A stretch of DNA of 63,993 bases, filler included, from Asterionella formosa (taxonomy: Eukaryota), in the NCBI GenBank assembly GCA_002256025.1. It is 6 parts of 6 records of this genome, joined end to end, with 100 filler letters (N's around TTAATTAATTAA, not from the genome) between each part and the next. Parts side by side here need not be neighbours in the genome. Positions count along the whole stretch, not along the records: positions 1 to 10,626 come from NKIB01009292.1; positions 10,727 to 21,344 come from NKIB01009303.1; 4 more parts are not named here. One strand, given 5' to 3'. The notes below the pieces were generated by a model. That model worked only from the letters and a program-made list of their open reading frames with translations. It had not been told where the DNA came from and ran no database searches. This document shows positions 1 to 11,463 of the stretch, piece after piece. Position numbers and translations under genes: made by a program. The stretch's first letter is position 1. The number at the start of each line of letters is the position of its first letter.

Positions 1-35
1 ATGATGACGACGACGAGGATGAACCAGACATTTGA
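1..35 (+). CDS. Possible 3' end of an upstream gene (acidic tail ...DDDDEDEPDI*)
   Basis: Frame from base 3 reads DDDDEDEPDI-TGA (33-35), convergent with Rab18; only 35 bp visible. Confidence 0.3.
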   Translation, partial: DDDDEDEPDI

Positions 36-200
36 ATAATTGGGGCGACGAAACTGGCACTAGTTTTAGTATTCTTTGGTGAGAGCGAGCGAAGTGGACA
101 AAAGACCTAAGCAATAAGTACTATTGATCCTTGTGAATTTAATAGGGCACACATACATAGATGCATGTACGTATGAATGCATGCATCCATCTATTAAAAA

Positions 201-960
201 TCAACAGCAGCCTCCATCGTCGTCATTGACGGATGGTTTTCGATCCCTTGTGGGTCGCAACTGCATCGTGGCCGGCTTTTTTCCAGGCACTGTGTTTGCG
301 AGCAATTCCGGATCTTCTAAAATCTTTTGCACAACTTCCATAAAGCATTGTCTAATGCCAAGTTTCGTTTTGGCCGATGCCTCTAAAAAGAGCATTCCTT
401 GAGACCTGGCCCAGGCCTCAGCATCGTCGCGGCTGACCTTGCGCTCCATATCGATCTTGTTGCCCACCAGGAGCTTGACCACGCTTTCGCCGTTATTGGG
501 TGAGTACAGCTGTACTTCCTTGAGCCACTGGTCCAGGTTCTCAAATGTGTCTGTCCTTGTTACGTCGTACACGAAGCATACCCCATGTGCGCCCCGGTAG
601 TAACTGCTGGTCAAGGTACGGAACCGTTCCTGCCCTGCCGTGTCCCAAATCGTCAGCTTGACTCTCTTATTGCTGACATCCAGGTGCTTCACCTTGAAGT
701 CCACGCCGATGGTTGACTGGATGTGTTCGTCGAACGAGTCGTCCGTGAATCGGAGGAGCATGGACGACTGTTGTGGTTGGAGAGAGAGAGTGGGAGAAAC
801 ATGAGCTCTTGTTTTACTAGCTTTGCAGCAGCAGAATTGCTACTTCATTGCTGCGGCTCGTATTGGTTGCACTTACCTTGCCGACGCCGGCATCTCCAAT
901 GATCAGGATCTTGAACAAGTTATCGTAAGGAAACGTTTGGGGAGCCGGAGGGGGAGCCAT
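201..960 (-). CDS. RAB18: Rab18/RabC small GTPase, 2 exons (960-877, 767-201)
   Basis: Exon 1 MAPPPAPQTFPYDNLFKILIIGDAGVGK; GTAAGT...CAG intron 876-768; exon 2 SSMLLRF, STIGVDFK, WDTAGQE, GNKID, EASAK, C-terminal GGCC prenylation motif. Confidence 0.92.
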
Positions 961-1922
961 GGCAGTTCGGGAGTGGTGCTCAGTTTACTTGACTTTACGA
1001 TGAACGAATTATGAATGTGAAATAGAACCCAGGATAGGATAGGATCTTCCTACGGTATTTCGTTTTGCTCTTGTACCTATGTATTACCTGCCTGGAATTC
1101 ATTGCTGGTATCATTTAGATTACCGGTACCTGGTACCTGGTACCAGGTACATTGTTCGGACCACCCCTGAACTCTTGATGCGTCTACCGGTATTCAATTC
1201 TTTTACAATGTCGAATTTATGGATACATGTAGATACATCATGCCATTATTGGCTGTGTACGGTACCACCCACCGTAACAGGTACCAGGGTACCGGTACTC
1301 AATTTCAAATGAAACAATATGTAGTCAAGTTTGAATTTAGATCGACTGCTGAAGTGGATACTAAATGGCTGGTTCCGGCTTCGCTTGCGTCAATGCATGC
1401 ACTGACTCGTCATTACCGTTATTTGCCGGTAAATTCCCTTTCGTACAAGCTCGCTCATCAACAGGTGGTGAATATTGTACATTACATACATTTAGGGGGG
1501 GGGGGGGCGAAATATATTTGTAATGAACACACATGGTATATGTTGTAGCATCGAAATGAAGCAATTCATTTTTTCCCATTTAAATTTTAAAGTACACTAA
1601 AACTAACTAAAAATTGCACTTGTGCCAAGATGACAACCCAACTTTTGATTTTTTGATTATTCACCTGTGTCTGATTCCATGGGTAGGTGCGAACACATTA
1701 TCACTTGAATTGTATTGTTATGATATAAGCAGAAGTACTCAGCTGACAAGAAAATAGGTATTGAATGATCAATTAACATTTCTTTATGATCTAACAGGCC
1801 ACTTCCCTTTTTAATCTTGGCGCGCCAAAAATAACATCGGCTTTTCTCTTATGTCATTGTTTCATTCATTTATTTTAAAGCATCAGCATTTAACTTGACT
1901 CCTATACTACTTCGTCAACATC

Positions 1923-3830
1923 ATGTCCAGTAAAGGGCAGGAACAAATAGTAGCAATAAATTTAAGAGTTGATAAAGAAGTACTGCTGCAACAGTAACCA
2001 GAATGAAAAGACTTGGAAAAAAGCCTTCCTATTCATGTCAAACATAGCAGGCATTTGGTTACTCCTGCAACAAAATTGTCTCATGAGTACAAAGAGTTTG
2101 TAACAAATACAACTGCCCCAACAAAGCAGCGAGATCATCATCAAGATTCAGATTCTGACAATGATGATATTTTGTCAGAACTGACCTCTTCTGGTAACAA
2201 GAAGGTGCCGCCTTTTTATCCACCCATTCAAGGAAGGAGTGACGATTCACCAGTCACTGATAATCCAAACACAAATATTATGGAGTTACATCTCCATAAT
2301 GGCGACAATCTCAAATAAATATCACGGTTCCGCCTTAGTCATGAGACAGTGATTGATCAGAAGCATCATTATCCGTTCTTGTTGTTATATATGGTCAACA
2401 GCTTCATAATAAGATTGCCCGATTGGAACGCAAAATTTCGCTGAATAACTCTTCAATCAGTGGATACCGTGATTTCAGCAGCCTTGCTTGCCACTACTGT
2501 ATATACAAGATGAAGGGATATAGTTGCATCGATAGTTTCCTCCCATGCAACCGAAGTAGTCTAGTTGGTGAAATATTTCATACTGGAAAATTTTGTGACA
2601 CCCAGGTTAATTCATTTACACATCATTTACACATCTAAATCTCCTTGAATCACCTTGGTTTTGATATTGTTAACAACCATTTTTACTTTCATTGTCTTTA
2701 CAGTCTTACAAACATCCTGCTGAAACCTGTGTGCCAAGTATTATTGGAATATCAATTCCAACCAGTCATTTGTTTCCAAGATTGTGTGAAACGTCATCCC
2801 GAAATCGCTCTTGCCATTAAGGGCGATTCCGAATTGGCGGATTGCATCTGGAATGGTGTTGAAGAAATTTATCATGATTTCCTATTGGTACAAAGTGCTA
2901 AGGAAAGGAAAGAGTACTTTGACCATACATTTGGAGGAATGTGCATTAAACATATTCATTACTTCCAATTATCATTGAACCATCATTTCATTTTTCAGTT
3001 TTGAGTAAGTTTATTTGGATTCCTTATTATGTGTTTTTTTGATTTTATTTGTTTGCTTATTCTCTTCCCTTTGTAAGTCGGTGTAACCGAAATCAACTTT
3101 ACGGAGTAGAGTAAATCCGATTTAATTTTTGGCTTATTTCTCTGTACCAGTTTGTTCACCTGGACACTTTGTGATCATTCCTCTAAGTACTACTGGGCTT
3201 ACTTACTGGGTCCGGTAAAATCCTTCAAGAACATGCTCAGTAAGCAACAAGAAAAGTGTCTTATTGATGGCACTCATGTTGATGATTCCATTCATGCCAG
3301 CAGCACAGAGTCCTACGATACTTTCCTGAGTGTTCGCAGTAAATTTTTACGTAACAGCACCCTGAATATGCTTCACTATCTGGATGAAGATACTGATAAT
3401 CCTGAAGAGTTCCTTAACGCCAATACCTAGTATGAGGAAATTTTTTGAATGGAGGATCAGCAAAGGGACTCAATAAACTTAATGGAAACAGTTCATGCCT
3501 AGTCAATGGGTTGACGTTTTGCTGGAACAATGAAACACTGAAGAGAGCTTCTTGTTGATATTGAACAACAGAACGCAATCAAGAAGGAACGAGTATCAAG
3601 CAGCGAGGGTAAGCCTGACATTGAAGGTAGGCAAGACTATTTTCGTTTTGAAGAGCGAGTTTACAACTCATTACTGAGATAATTACAATCAAGAACATTA
3701 CAAATTTTTAAGGAATCATCCCATACCTTTGGATACATCCAAGGTCGTAAATTCTATCAACCTCTTTGATTTTGAAAAGAGGATGTGGAACTTGGCGATA
3801 GTAGTTGGCGGCCATTCAAAAATTTCACTA
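1923..3830 (+). pseudogene. Decayed coding remnant of unknown (possibly transposon-borne) gene
   Basis: ATG at 1923 in frame with ORF 2013-2318 but broken by TAA/TGA; further protein-like fragments at 2423-2638, 2645-3004 and 3152-3430; no recognisable domain. Confidence 0.3.
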
Positions 3831-4324
3831 AATAAAAAGATTTTATCTTATAATTAGCAATTAATAGGCAGCCTTCAAATACATAGAAAACATTGCTTAG
3901 TATCCAAACCTTCAATCAACAATTTCATAAATTAGTCCGCCCATCCTGTTCCGTTGTGTTGCACTACTAAGAACGACGACAACTTTTGCCTACAACCACC
4001 AATTAAATCGTCTGTTTCTATGTTGTTACCTTGCCGTTTCAGTTCGTCAGCAACACTGTGTCCTTTTCTTGGTGTTTTTGATGGCTACAAATCGAAATAC
4101 ATCCGTAAAGCACCATTTCTTTTACTATTATCTTAAGCTCTACCATGAACTACATCCCTGTGCAGGAGGAAGATGAATTTTAATGGTATGGACAATTGTG
4201 TGGCATGTTTTTCTGCAATAAAGTTGTCCCATAGTACATTTAAGCAATTACCCCCTAAAGACAAGGACATTAAAAAATGTCAATTAAATTTTATAGTACA
4301 TTAAAGCTATCCAATAATTGCACT

Positions 4325-4530
4325 AACTCTTGTAGCTTTCCGGAAGGTTGTTGATCATGTGTGCCACATAGGCACCAGCCGAAACGGCAGAGCTTGTATT
4401 GCCCAGTCGTTCCCAGATACAATCCAACTCCACATACCAGCTGTCGGGGTTCGCATTTTCCCTTAGAGTGCACTTGTTCCATTGGTGGGACAAGGCAATG
4501 ACAACAGTTCGCCATGTTCCCTAACTCATA
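4325..4530 (-). mobile_element. Isolated Copia gag fragment (frameshifted)
   Basis: Close nucleotide match to 10876-11077 (gag of the Copia element in the next contig), with a 4-bp insertion (GACAACAGTTCGCC vs GACATTCGCC). Confidence 0.85.
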
Positions 4531-5968
4531 TGAGCATAATGTTGACAACAAAAAGTTAAAATCGGCGCTGGAAGTTGTTTTTGGTCGTCATTTGCTCAGT
4601 TTTGAAGATACGAGCAAAGTAGCGACAGTTTTGAGTCCGTGATGATTAGCGTGATCATTTGACCAGATAAGGTTTTCTATGTTTTGTTGAAATAGATGAG
4701 AAAACTTGAGTGACAGTATTCTCGAAGAGGGAACAACATTTCAAGATGCAACAAATTCCTCTACGTCAGTTTTGTAGTGACTTTCATGTACACACTAATT
4801 GTCGTGGTTCATATTTCTATGGAATCTTGATAAGGTCATTTGACAGCTTACTATGGCGATTGGTGTCGTTGTAAGCCCCCAACATGATGTAGAAGTTGGT
4901 GACTTGAAAAAAATTCAAATAAATCAGATTTGAGTAAGAAGAACGGTTAGCTCAATATCATCGATTTTACGGGATTTTTATTGAAACCATTTCATGAGCC
5001 AAACAAGTGTTATGAAGAATTGTTTGTTCAAATGGAGCGAGGCGAAGCCAAGCTTCATCATTGTTACCTGCAACCTTTGTGGGGTACCAGTCCACTGATT
5101 CCACCCACTGACGTTTTTGATAAAAGTTGTGACACTTGATTAGTACTTCAACAGGAAGAAGAAATAAGGATTTGTCCCTTCCGCCCTCCCCCTCCCACCC
5201 GTGCCCTTGGTCGAATTCATATCGTATCCTACCAGCCTACTGTTGGATGACAAGAAAGTAACTGAAATAATGGCTGGAGGGACTCCCCAATATCATACTG
5301 CCTAACATTAGAATAAAAAGCTATTACTGGTATACTGCTGGCTGAATGCCAAGAAATGGCTCACACTTAAGTGCAGTATAAATCAGTGACCTAGCTATGG
5401 TTTTCACCACAGTCAAAATTTGTAACTGGTTTCATGCTTCTATCATCATAACATGTGTAACAGTATATCAGGCAGCTAAATTTGTATTTATACTCAATTT
5501 TTATTTGGATAGTGTCTGTTGCTATTTATTTTGGTGTCCAATGATGTCACAAAACCTAGCCCTAACCCATAAATTTTGGCGGATTAGGGTTAGGGTTTAA
5601 CAATAACTCTACGACTGTTTTAATTACATCACTAAGCATGATCCACAAAAAACGAAAAGTACATGGAGATATTAAGAGGTTTACCATATAACATTAGCAG
5701 TAAATCTCGCTTTTTTCTATATATACAAACCACTCCTCTGGTAGGTACAAACACCATATGAGTACCTGGTATATACACGTTCTGTCACTATACATAATGC
5801 AAGCACTAACATAACATATCTCTTCCTTAGGCTTAGTCATACCATATGCTTCATGCAGGGCTGGGTGCTATATAGGGATGATGCTTAGAAGTCAAAATCT
5901 CCAGACCCTAAACCTAAAAGTGCTATGTAGGGATGATGCCTAAAAGGCAGAAGCCCCTGACCATATCA

Positions 5969-8900
5969 CTAACAATACCCCTTAGATTGTGTCAGTATGT
6001 GAAGTGCTCTGTGACCTCCTCTTCCGACACAAACATTGGATTTATTATGTTGCAAAGCACATGCAATTGTGACTTTTCCACCAGCTTTGACAATCATCAC
6101 CCTGTTTTTTTCATTATTCTCAGCCAAGCACCTGAGTGCTGCACAACCATATTCTTGGACATTAGCATTGTTTGGATGAGTCCTCATTGCAGACACAATC
6201 CTAGCAATACCTCCTTGATCAGCAATCACCACCTTGTTGTTGTCATTCCCAGCCAACTTCTGAAGTGCTCCACAACCATAGTGTTGGACATAAGCATTGG
6301 ATGAATGATCCTTCATCGCGGACAGAATTGGAGTGATACCGTTTGCGTCAGCAATCGCCTCTGGGTTGATGTCATTCTCAGCCAACTTCTGAAGTGCTGC
6401 ACAACCATATTCTTGGACGTAAGCATTCTTTGGGTGATCCTTCATTGCAGACACAATCCTGGAAATACCTCCTAACTGAGTAATCATCTCCTGGTTGTTG
6501 TCATTATTCACAGCCAAGTTCCCAAGCTCCATGAGCCCATCTACTTGAAAATGAGCATGCTGCTCATTCATTTGCATCTTTGAAACAATTGCAGAAATCC
6601 GAGATGAAATTGAAGTGGCAATAGGCCTTCCTGTTTCAGCATGTGTCACATTGTTGTTGTCATTCCAAGCCAAATTAGCAAGCTTCATGAGACCTTCTTT
6701 TTGAATGTCAGCAATGGGAGACGAAATTGAAGTGGTTGGAATTTCGGTTGGGGTCAACATGCAAAGTGCTCCTTCACCTTTTACTTGCACATTGGCATTG
6801 GATGAGTGATTTCGCATAGCAGACTTAATTGTGTCTATTCCACTAGCATTGGCAATTGCCTCCTTGTTGTTGTCATTATCCTCAGCCAAGTTCCCAAGTG
6901 CTCGACAACCATACTCTTGCACATTAGCAGTGGAGGAATGAGTCTTCATTGCAGACAGAATCATAGTGATACCTCCTTCTTCAGCAATTGTCATCTTGTT
7001 GTTGCAATTACTGTCAGCCAAGTTCACAAGTGCTCGACAACCATACTCTTGAACATTACCAGTGAAAGAATGAGTCTTCATTGCAAACAGAATTGCAGTG
7101 ATACCTTTTGCTTTAGCAATCATCACCTTGTTGTTGTCATTACTGTCAGCCATGTAAGCAAGTGCTGCACAACCATACTCTTGAACATTAGCAGTGCAGG
7201 AATGAGTCTTCATTGCAGACAGAATCGTAGTGATACCTCCTTCTTCAGCAATCGTCACCTTGTTGATGTCATTACTGTCAGCTAAGTAAGCAAGTGCTGC
7301 ACAACCATACTCTTGCACATTACTATTGGATGGATGAGTCTTCATTGCAGACAGAATCGCAGTGATACCTCCTGCAGCATTGATTGTCACACTGAGGCAG
7401 TCATTCATAGCCAACTTCCAAAGTGTTCCACAACCATATTCCTGGACATTATCATTCTTTGGATGCTTCGTCATTGCAGACAGAATCGTGGTGATACCTC
7501 CTCCTGCAACCATTGACACCTTGTTGCTGTCATTCAAAGCCAAGTTGAAAATTACTCCACAACCATAGTGTTGCACATTTGCATTAGATGAATGAGTCTT
7601 CATCGCAGAAAAGATTCTAGCAATACCTCCTTCTTCAGCAATCATCGCCTTGTTGATGTTATTATTTGTAGCCAAGTTCACAAGCTCCATGAGACTTTCT
7701 GTTTGAATGTCAGCATTCTGCTCATTCCTTTGCATCTTTGAAAGAATTGCAGCAATCGAAGGAGAACTTGAGGTGGCAGTGGGCCCTCCTGCTTCCGCAA
7801 TTGTCATATTGATGCTGTCATTCAAAGCGAAGTTTGCAAAAGTGTTAGCATTAGGAGACGAAATTGAAGTGGTCGGAATTTGGTTTGTAGGCAGAGATTG
7901 TGTCAGTATGTGAAGTGCTCTGTGACCTCCTCTTCCGACACAAACATTGGATTTATTATGTTGCAAAGCACATGCAATTGTGACTTTTCCACCAGCTTTG
8001 ACAATCATCACCCTGTTTTTTTCATTATTCTCAGCCAAGCACCTGAGTGCTGCACAACCATATTCTTGGACATTAGCATTGTTTGGATGAGTCCTCATTG
8101 CAGACACAATCCTAGCAATACCTCCTTGATCAGCAATCACCACCTTGTTGTTGTCATTCCCAGCCAACTTCTGAAGTGCTCCACAACCATAGTGTTGGAC
8201 ATTAGCATTGGATGAATGATCCTTCATCGCGGACAGAATTGGAGTGATACCGTTTGCGTCAGCAATCGCCTCTGGGTTGATGTCATTCTCAGCCAAGTTC
8301 TGAAGTGCTGCACAACCATATTCTTGGACGTAAGCATTCTTTGGGTGATCCTTCATTGCAGACACAATCCTGGAAATACCTCCTAACTGAGTAATCATCT
8401 CCTGGTTGTTGTCATTATTCACAGCCAAGTTCCCAAGCTCCATGAGCCCATCTACTTGAAAATGAGCATGCTGCTCATTCATTTGCATCTTTGAAACAAT
8501 TGCAGAAATCCGAGATGAAATTGAAGTGGCAATAGGCCTTCCTGTTTCAGCATGTGTCACATTGTTGTTGTCATTCCAAGCCAAATTAGCAAGCTTCATG
8601 AGACCTTCTTTTTGAATGTCAGCAATGGGAGACGAAATTGAAGTGGTTGGAATTTCGGTTGGGGTCAACATGCAAAGTGCTCCTTCACCTTTTACTTGCA
8701 CATTGGCATTGGATGAGTGATTTCGCATAGCAGACTTAATTGTGTCTATTCCACTAGCATTGGCAATTGCCTCCTTGTTGTTGTCATTATCCTCAGCCAA
8801 GTTCCCAAGTGCTCGACAACCATACTCTTGCACATTAGCAGTGGAGGAATGAGTCTTCATTGCAGACAGAATAATAGTGATACCTCCTTCTTCAGCAATT

Positions 8901-9934
8901 GTCATCTTGTTGTTGCAATTACTGTCAGCCAAGTTCACAAGTGCTCGACAACCATACTCTTGAACATTACCAGTGAAAGAATGAGTCTTCATTGCAAACA
9001 GAATTGCAGTGATACCTTTTGCTTTAGCAATCATCACCTTGTTGTTGTCATTACTGTCAGCCATGTAAGCAAGTGCTGCACAACCATACTCTTGAACATT
9101 AGCAGTGCAGGAATGAGTCTTCATTGCAGACAGAATCGTAGTGATACCTCCTTCTTCAGCAATCGTCACCTTGTAGTTGTCATTACTGTCAGCTAAGTAA
9201 GCAAGTGCTGCACAACCATACTCTTGCACATTACTATTGGATGGATGAGTCTTCATTGCAGACAGAATCGCAGTGATACCTCCTGCAGCATTGATTGTCA
9301 CACTGAGGCAGTCATTCATAGCCAACTTCCAAAGTGTTCCACAACCATATTCCTGGACATTATCATTCTTTGGATGCTTCGTCATTGCAGACAGAATCGT
9401 GGTGATACCTCCTCCTGCAACCATTGACACCTTGTTGCTGTCATTCAAAGCCAAGTTGAAAATTACTCCACAACCATAGTGTTGCACATTTGCATTAGAT
9501 GAATGAGTCTTCATCGCAGAAAAGATTCTAGCAATACCTCCTTCTTCAGCAATCATCGCCTTGTTGATGTTATTATTTGTAGCCAAGTTCACAAGCTCCA
9601 TGAGACTTTCTGTTTGAATGCCAGCATTATGCTCATTCCTTTGCATCTTTGAAAGAATTGCAGCAATCGAAGAAGAACTTGAGGTGGCAGTAGGGCCTTC
9701 ATGATCGCATCTAGGGCAGCTGACTCGCAGAAACCAATTCTTTTTGCGAAGCTGAACGTCTGGATGATGAGGACAGAATCCACTCTTGTGGTACTTTACT
9801 CGTTCGCCATACTCGCTCGTAATTGGAGCATCATGGGTAGGGACGTATGAAACTGCAGGTGAGAGAGTCGCCATGTTTGATTTGTTCTCGTTGATTTGGT
9901 TGCTTGTTTTATCGCATGTGTGATGAAACGCCAT
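5969..9934 (-). CDS. Armadillo-repeat protein with N-terminal Cys/His (Zn-ribbon-like) motif
   Basis: Intronless ORF; first ATG 9934 (alternative 9874; the track's 10006 start is TTG); many 42-43 aa repeats GGITxILSAMKTHxxxxNVQEYGCxALxNLA; N-terminal CPHHPDVQLRKKNWFLRVSCPRC. Confidence 0.85.
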   Translation of the reverse strand: MAFHHTCDKTSNQINENKSNMATLSPAVSYVPTHDAPITSEYGERVKYHKSGFCPHHPDVQLRKKNWFLRVSCPRCDHEGPTATSSSSSIAAILSKMQRNEHNAGIQTESLMELVNLATNNNINKAMIAEEGGIARIFSAMKTHSSNANVQHYGCGVIFNLALNDSNKVSMVAGGGITTILSAMTKHPKNDNVQEYGCGTLWKLAMNDCLSVTINAAGGITAILSAMKTHPSNSNVQEYGCAALAYLADSNDNYKVTIAEEGGITTILSAMKTHSCTANVQEYGCAALAYMADSNDNNKVMIAKAKGITAILFAMKTHSFTGNVQEYGCRALVNLADSNCNNKMTIAEEGGITIILSAMKTHSSTANVQEYGCRALGNLAEDNDNNKEAIANASGIDTIKSAMRNHSSNANVQVKGEGALCMLTPTEIPTTSISSPIADIQKEGLMKLANLAWNDNNNVTHAETGRPIATSISSRISAIVSKMQMNEQHAHFQVDGLMELGNLAVNNDNNQEMITQLGGISRIVSAMKDHPKNAYVQEYGCAALQNLAENDINPEAIADANGITPILSAMKDHSSNANVQHYGCGALQKLAGNDNNKVVIADQGGIARIVSAMRTHPNNANVQEYGCAALRCLAENNEKNRVMIVKAGGKVTIACALQHNKSNVCVGRGGHRALHILTQSLPTNQIPTTSISSPNANTFANFALNDSINMTIAEAGGPTATSSSPSIAAILSKMQRNEQNADIQTESLMELVNLATNNNINKAMIAEEGGIARIFSAMKTHSSNANVQHYGCGVIFNLALNDSNKVSMVAGGGITTILSAMTKHPKNDNVQEYGCGTLWKLAMNDCLSVTINAAGGITAILSAMKTHPSNSNVQEYGCAALAYLADSNDINKVTIAEEGGITTILSAMKTHSCTANVQEYGCAALAYMADSNDNNKVMIAKAKGITAILFAMKTHSFTGNVQEYGCRALVNLADSNCNNKMTIAEEGGITMILSAMKTHSSTANVQEYGCRALGNLAEDNDNNKEAIANASGIDTIKSAMRNHSSNANVQVKGEGALCMLTPTEIPTTSISSPIADIQKEGLMKLANLAWNDNNNVTHAETGRPIATSISSRISAIVSKMQMNEQHAHFQVDGLMELGNLAVNNDNNQEMITQLGGISRIVSAMKDHPKNAYVQEYGCAALQKLAENDINPEAIADANGITPILSAMKDHSSNAYVQHYGCGALQKLAGNDNNKVVIADQGGIARIVSAMRTHPNNANVQEYGCAALRCLAENNEKNRVMIVKAGGKVTIACALQHNKSNVCVGRGGHRALHILTQSKGYC
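5984..9700. repeat. Near-identical direct duplication, period 1911 bp (637 codons): 5984-7789 and 7895-9700
   Basis: AGATTGTGTCAGTATG starts at 5984 and 7895; antisense ORFs repeat at the same offset (6806/8717, 7313/9224). Confidence 0.95.
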
Positions 9935-10626
9935 TTTCGTTGTGGGTCGTGTTTGTAATTCTTCAGTCTCTTCTACCCGGTACCTGTCGTTGAATTCTAC
10001 ATGCAAGCTCCACGTTCATTCAGTCATCATCACAATGCCGGAGTTCCGGGAAAGTCCGAATATTGCGAATATTTGTCCGTATATATATACCGGGTACCGG
10101 TAATCAAACCAGCCAGCCATGTGTGAGCAAACCTTAAAAATGGCTTAACGTGATGTTCATTATGTAGCAGTACGGCGTAGTTGTACCGGTAGGTAACTTT
10201 TGTTCAAATTGTGTACATGCCATCATACTGGGTACCAGGTACCAGTCGCCAGTCACCAGTTACCGGTCGTTAGTTTACATACGTATTCAGTATGCAAGGT
10301 AAAATCACATGATATATTTACTACCGGTAAACAAAAAAAATTTTACTCTGAGGTATCATGATAAAACTTTCACAAAGATCACCACCCCTACCTCCAAACC
10401 AAACCACTAACTGAAGCATGGTCGTATACGTATGAATACGGGGACATATCACGGTCCAAGGTGCCAGGTACAGTATGATGTAGGTAAGATACCGGTAGTC
10501 TACCACTATCTGTTAAATTGCTTATCTATTTATCCATACCACTAAAGGTATATAATATATACATCCCTGCAGCTGACACTGCTACAGTACCGGTACCAGG
10601 TACCAGTTGTGTTGTTACATAGATCA

Positions 10627-10726
10627 NNNNNNNNNNNNNNNNNNNNNNNNNNNNNNNNNNNNNNNNNNNNTTAATTAATTAANNNNNNNNNNNNNNNNNN
10701 NNNNNNNNNNNNNNNNNNNNNNNNNN
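10627..10726. other. Artificial contig linker (N44-TTAATTAATTAA-N44)
   Basis: Identical 100-bp spacer with stop codons in all six frames, repeated five times in the window. Confidence 0.97.
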
Positions 10727-11419
10727 CCCTTTCGTGTAGAAGGCCTGTTCACTCTTGTTCTTGTTAGTCGTTTTGACGTCATCCCGGACATATAGATCGT
10801 AGTAGTCCCGGATGTCTGTCTTAATCTCTTCGACCGTTAGCGTGTTGCGCGCCAGGCCGAACCTTCCTACTACCAAACTCTTGTAGCTTTCAGGTAGGTT
10901 GTTGATCATGTGTGCCACATAGGCACCATCCGAAACGGCGGAGCTCGTATTGCCCAATCGTTCCCGGATTCGATCCAACTCCACATACCAGCTGTCGGGG
11001 TTCTCGTTTTCCCCTAGAGTGCACTTCGTCCATTGGTGGGACAAGGCAATGACATTCGCCATGTTGCCTGACTCATACGTAGAAATGAGCTTGTCCCATG
11101 CTTCTTTAGCATTGCCGTTAGGAAACTCGGCACTTCTTGCATTATTTACGTGTCCGAATGGCCCACTCTGGCATGCCATTATCAGACTTGCGTAAGCAAC
11201 TGTGTTGCTCCTTCGGATGCGTCTCTCGTCAGCATCCGACAACACGATCATATCGCCCTTTAGGTCTTTCTCTCCTCTTGGTAGTTCGTCACCGTTAAGT
11301 ATTCCTTGAAAGTTCTTGTAGCACGCGTATGCGAGAAACTTCGCTTTCCACATGTGCCATTTAGCATCTTGCCCATCGAATGTCGGCAACCTCACTGACG
11401 TGTCTTCGTCACTTCCCAT
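10727..11419 (-). CDS. gag: Copia Gag (UBN2-like), open to contig end
   Basis: LPTFDG...WHMWKAKF, AKEAWDKL, ENPDSWYVELDRIRERL, HMINNLPESY; no stop before the gap. Confidence 0.85.
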
Positions 11420-11463
11420 GGTTCCTGAGTAGCCTGTGGCCTTAAAGTGAACGCTTTAAAGCG

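Noticed and set aside
1817..1832. E2F-like palindrome TTGGCGCGCCAA
   Set aside because: Single occurrence upstream of a decayed ORF with no supporting context
5933..9479. Duplicated plus-strand ORFs over the ARM gene
   Set aside because: Antisense shadows of a repetitive CDS
10627..10726. TTAATTAATTAA palindrome recurring every ~10.7 kb, and gene-neighbourhood inferences across it
   Set aside because: Artificial linker; complete contigs fall in descending length (10618, 10600, 10595, 10585), so adjacency is not biological
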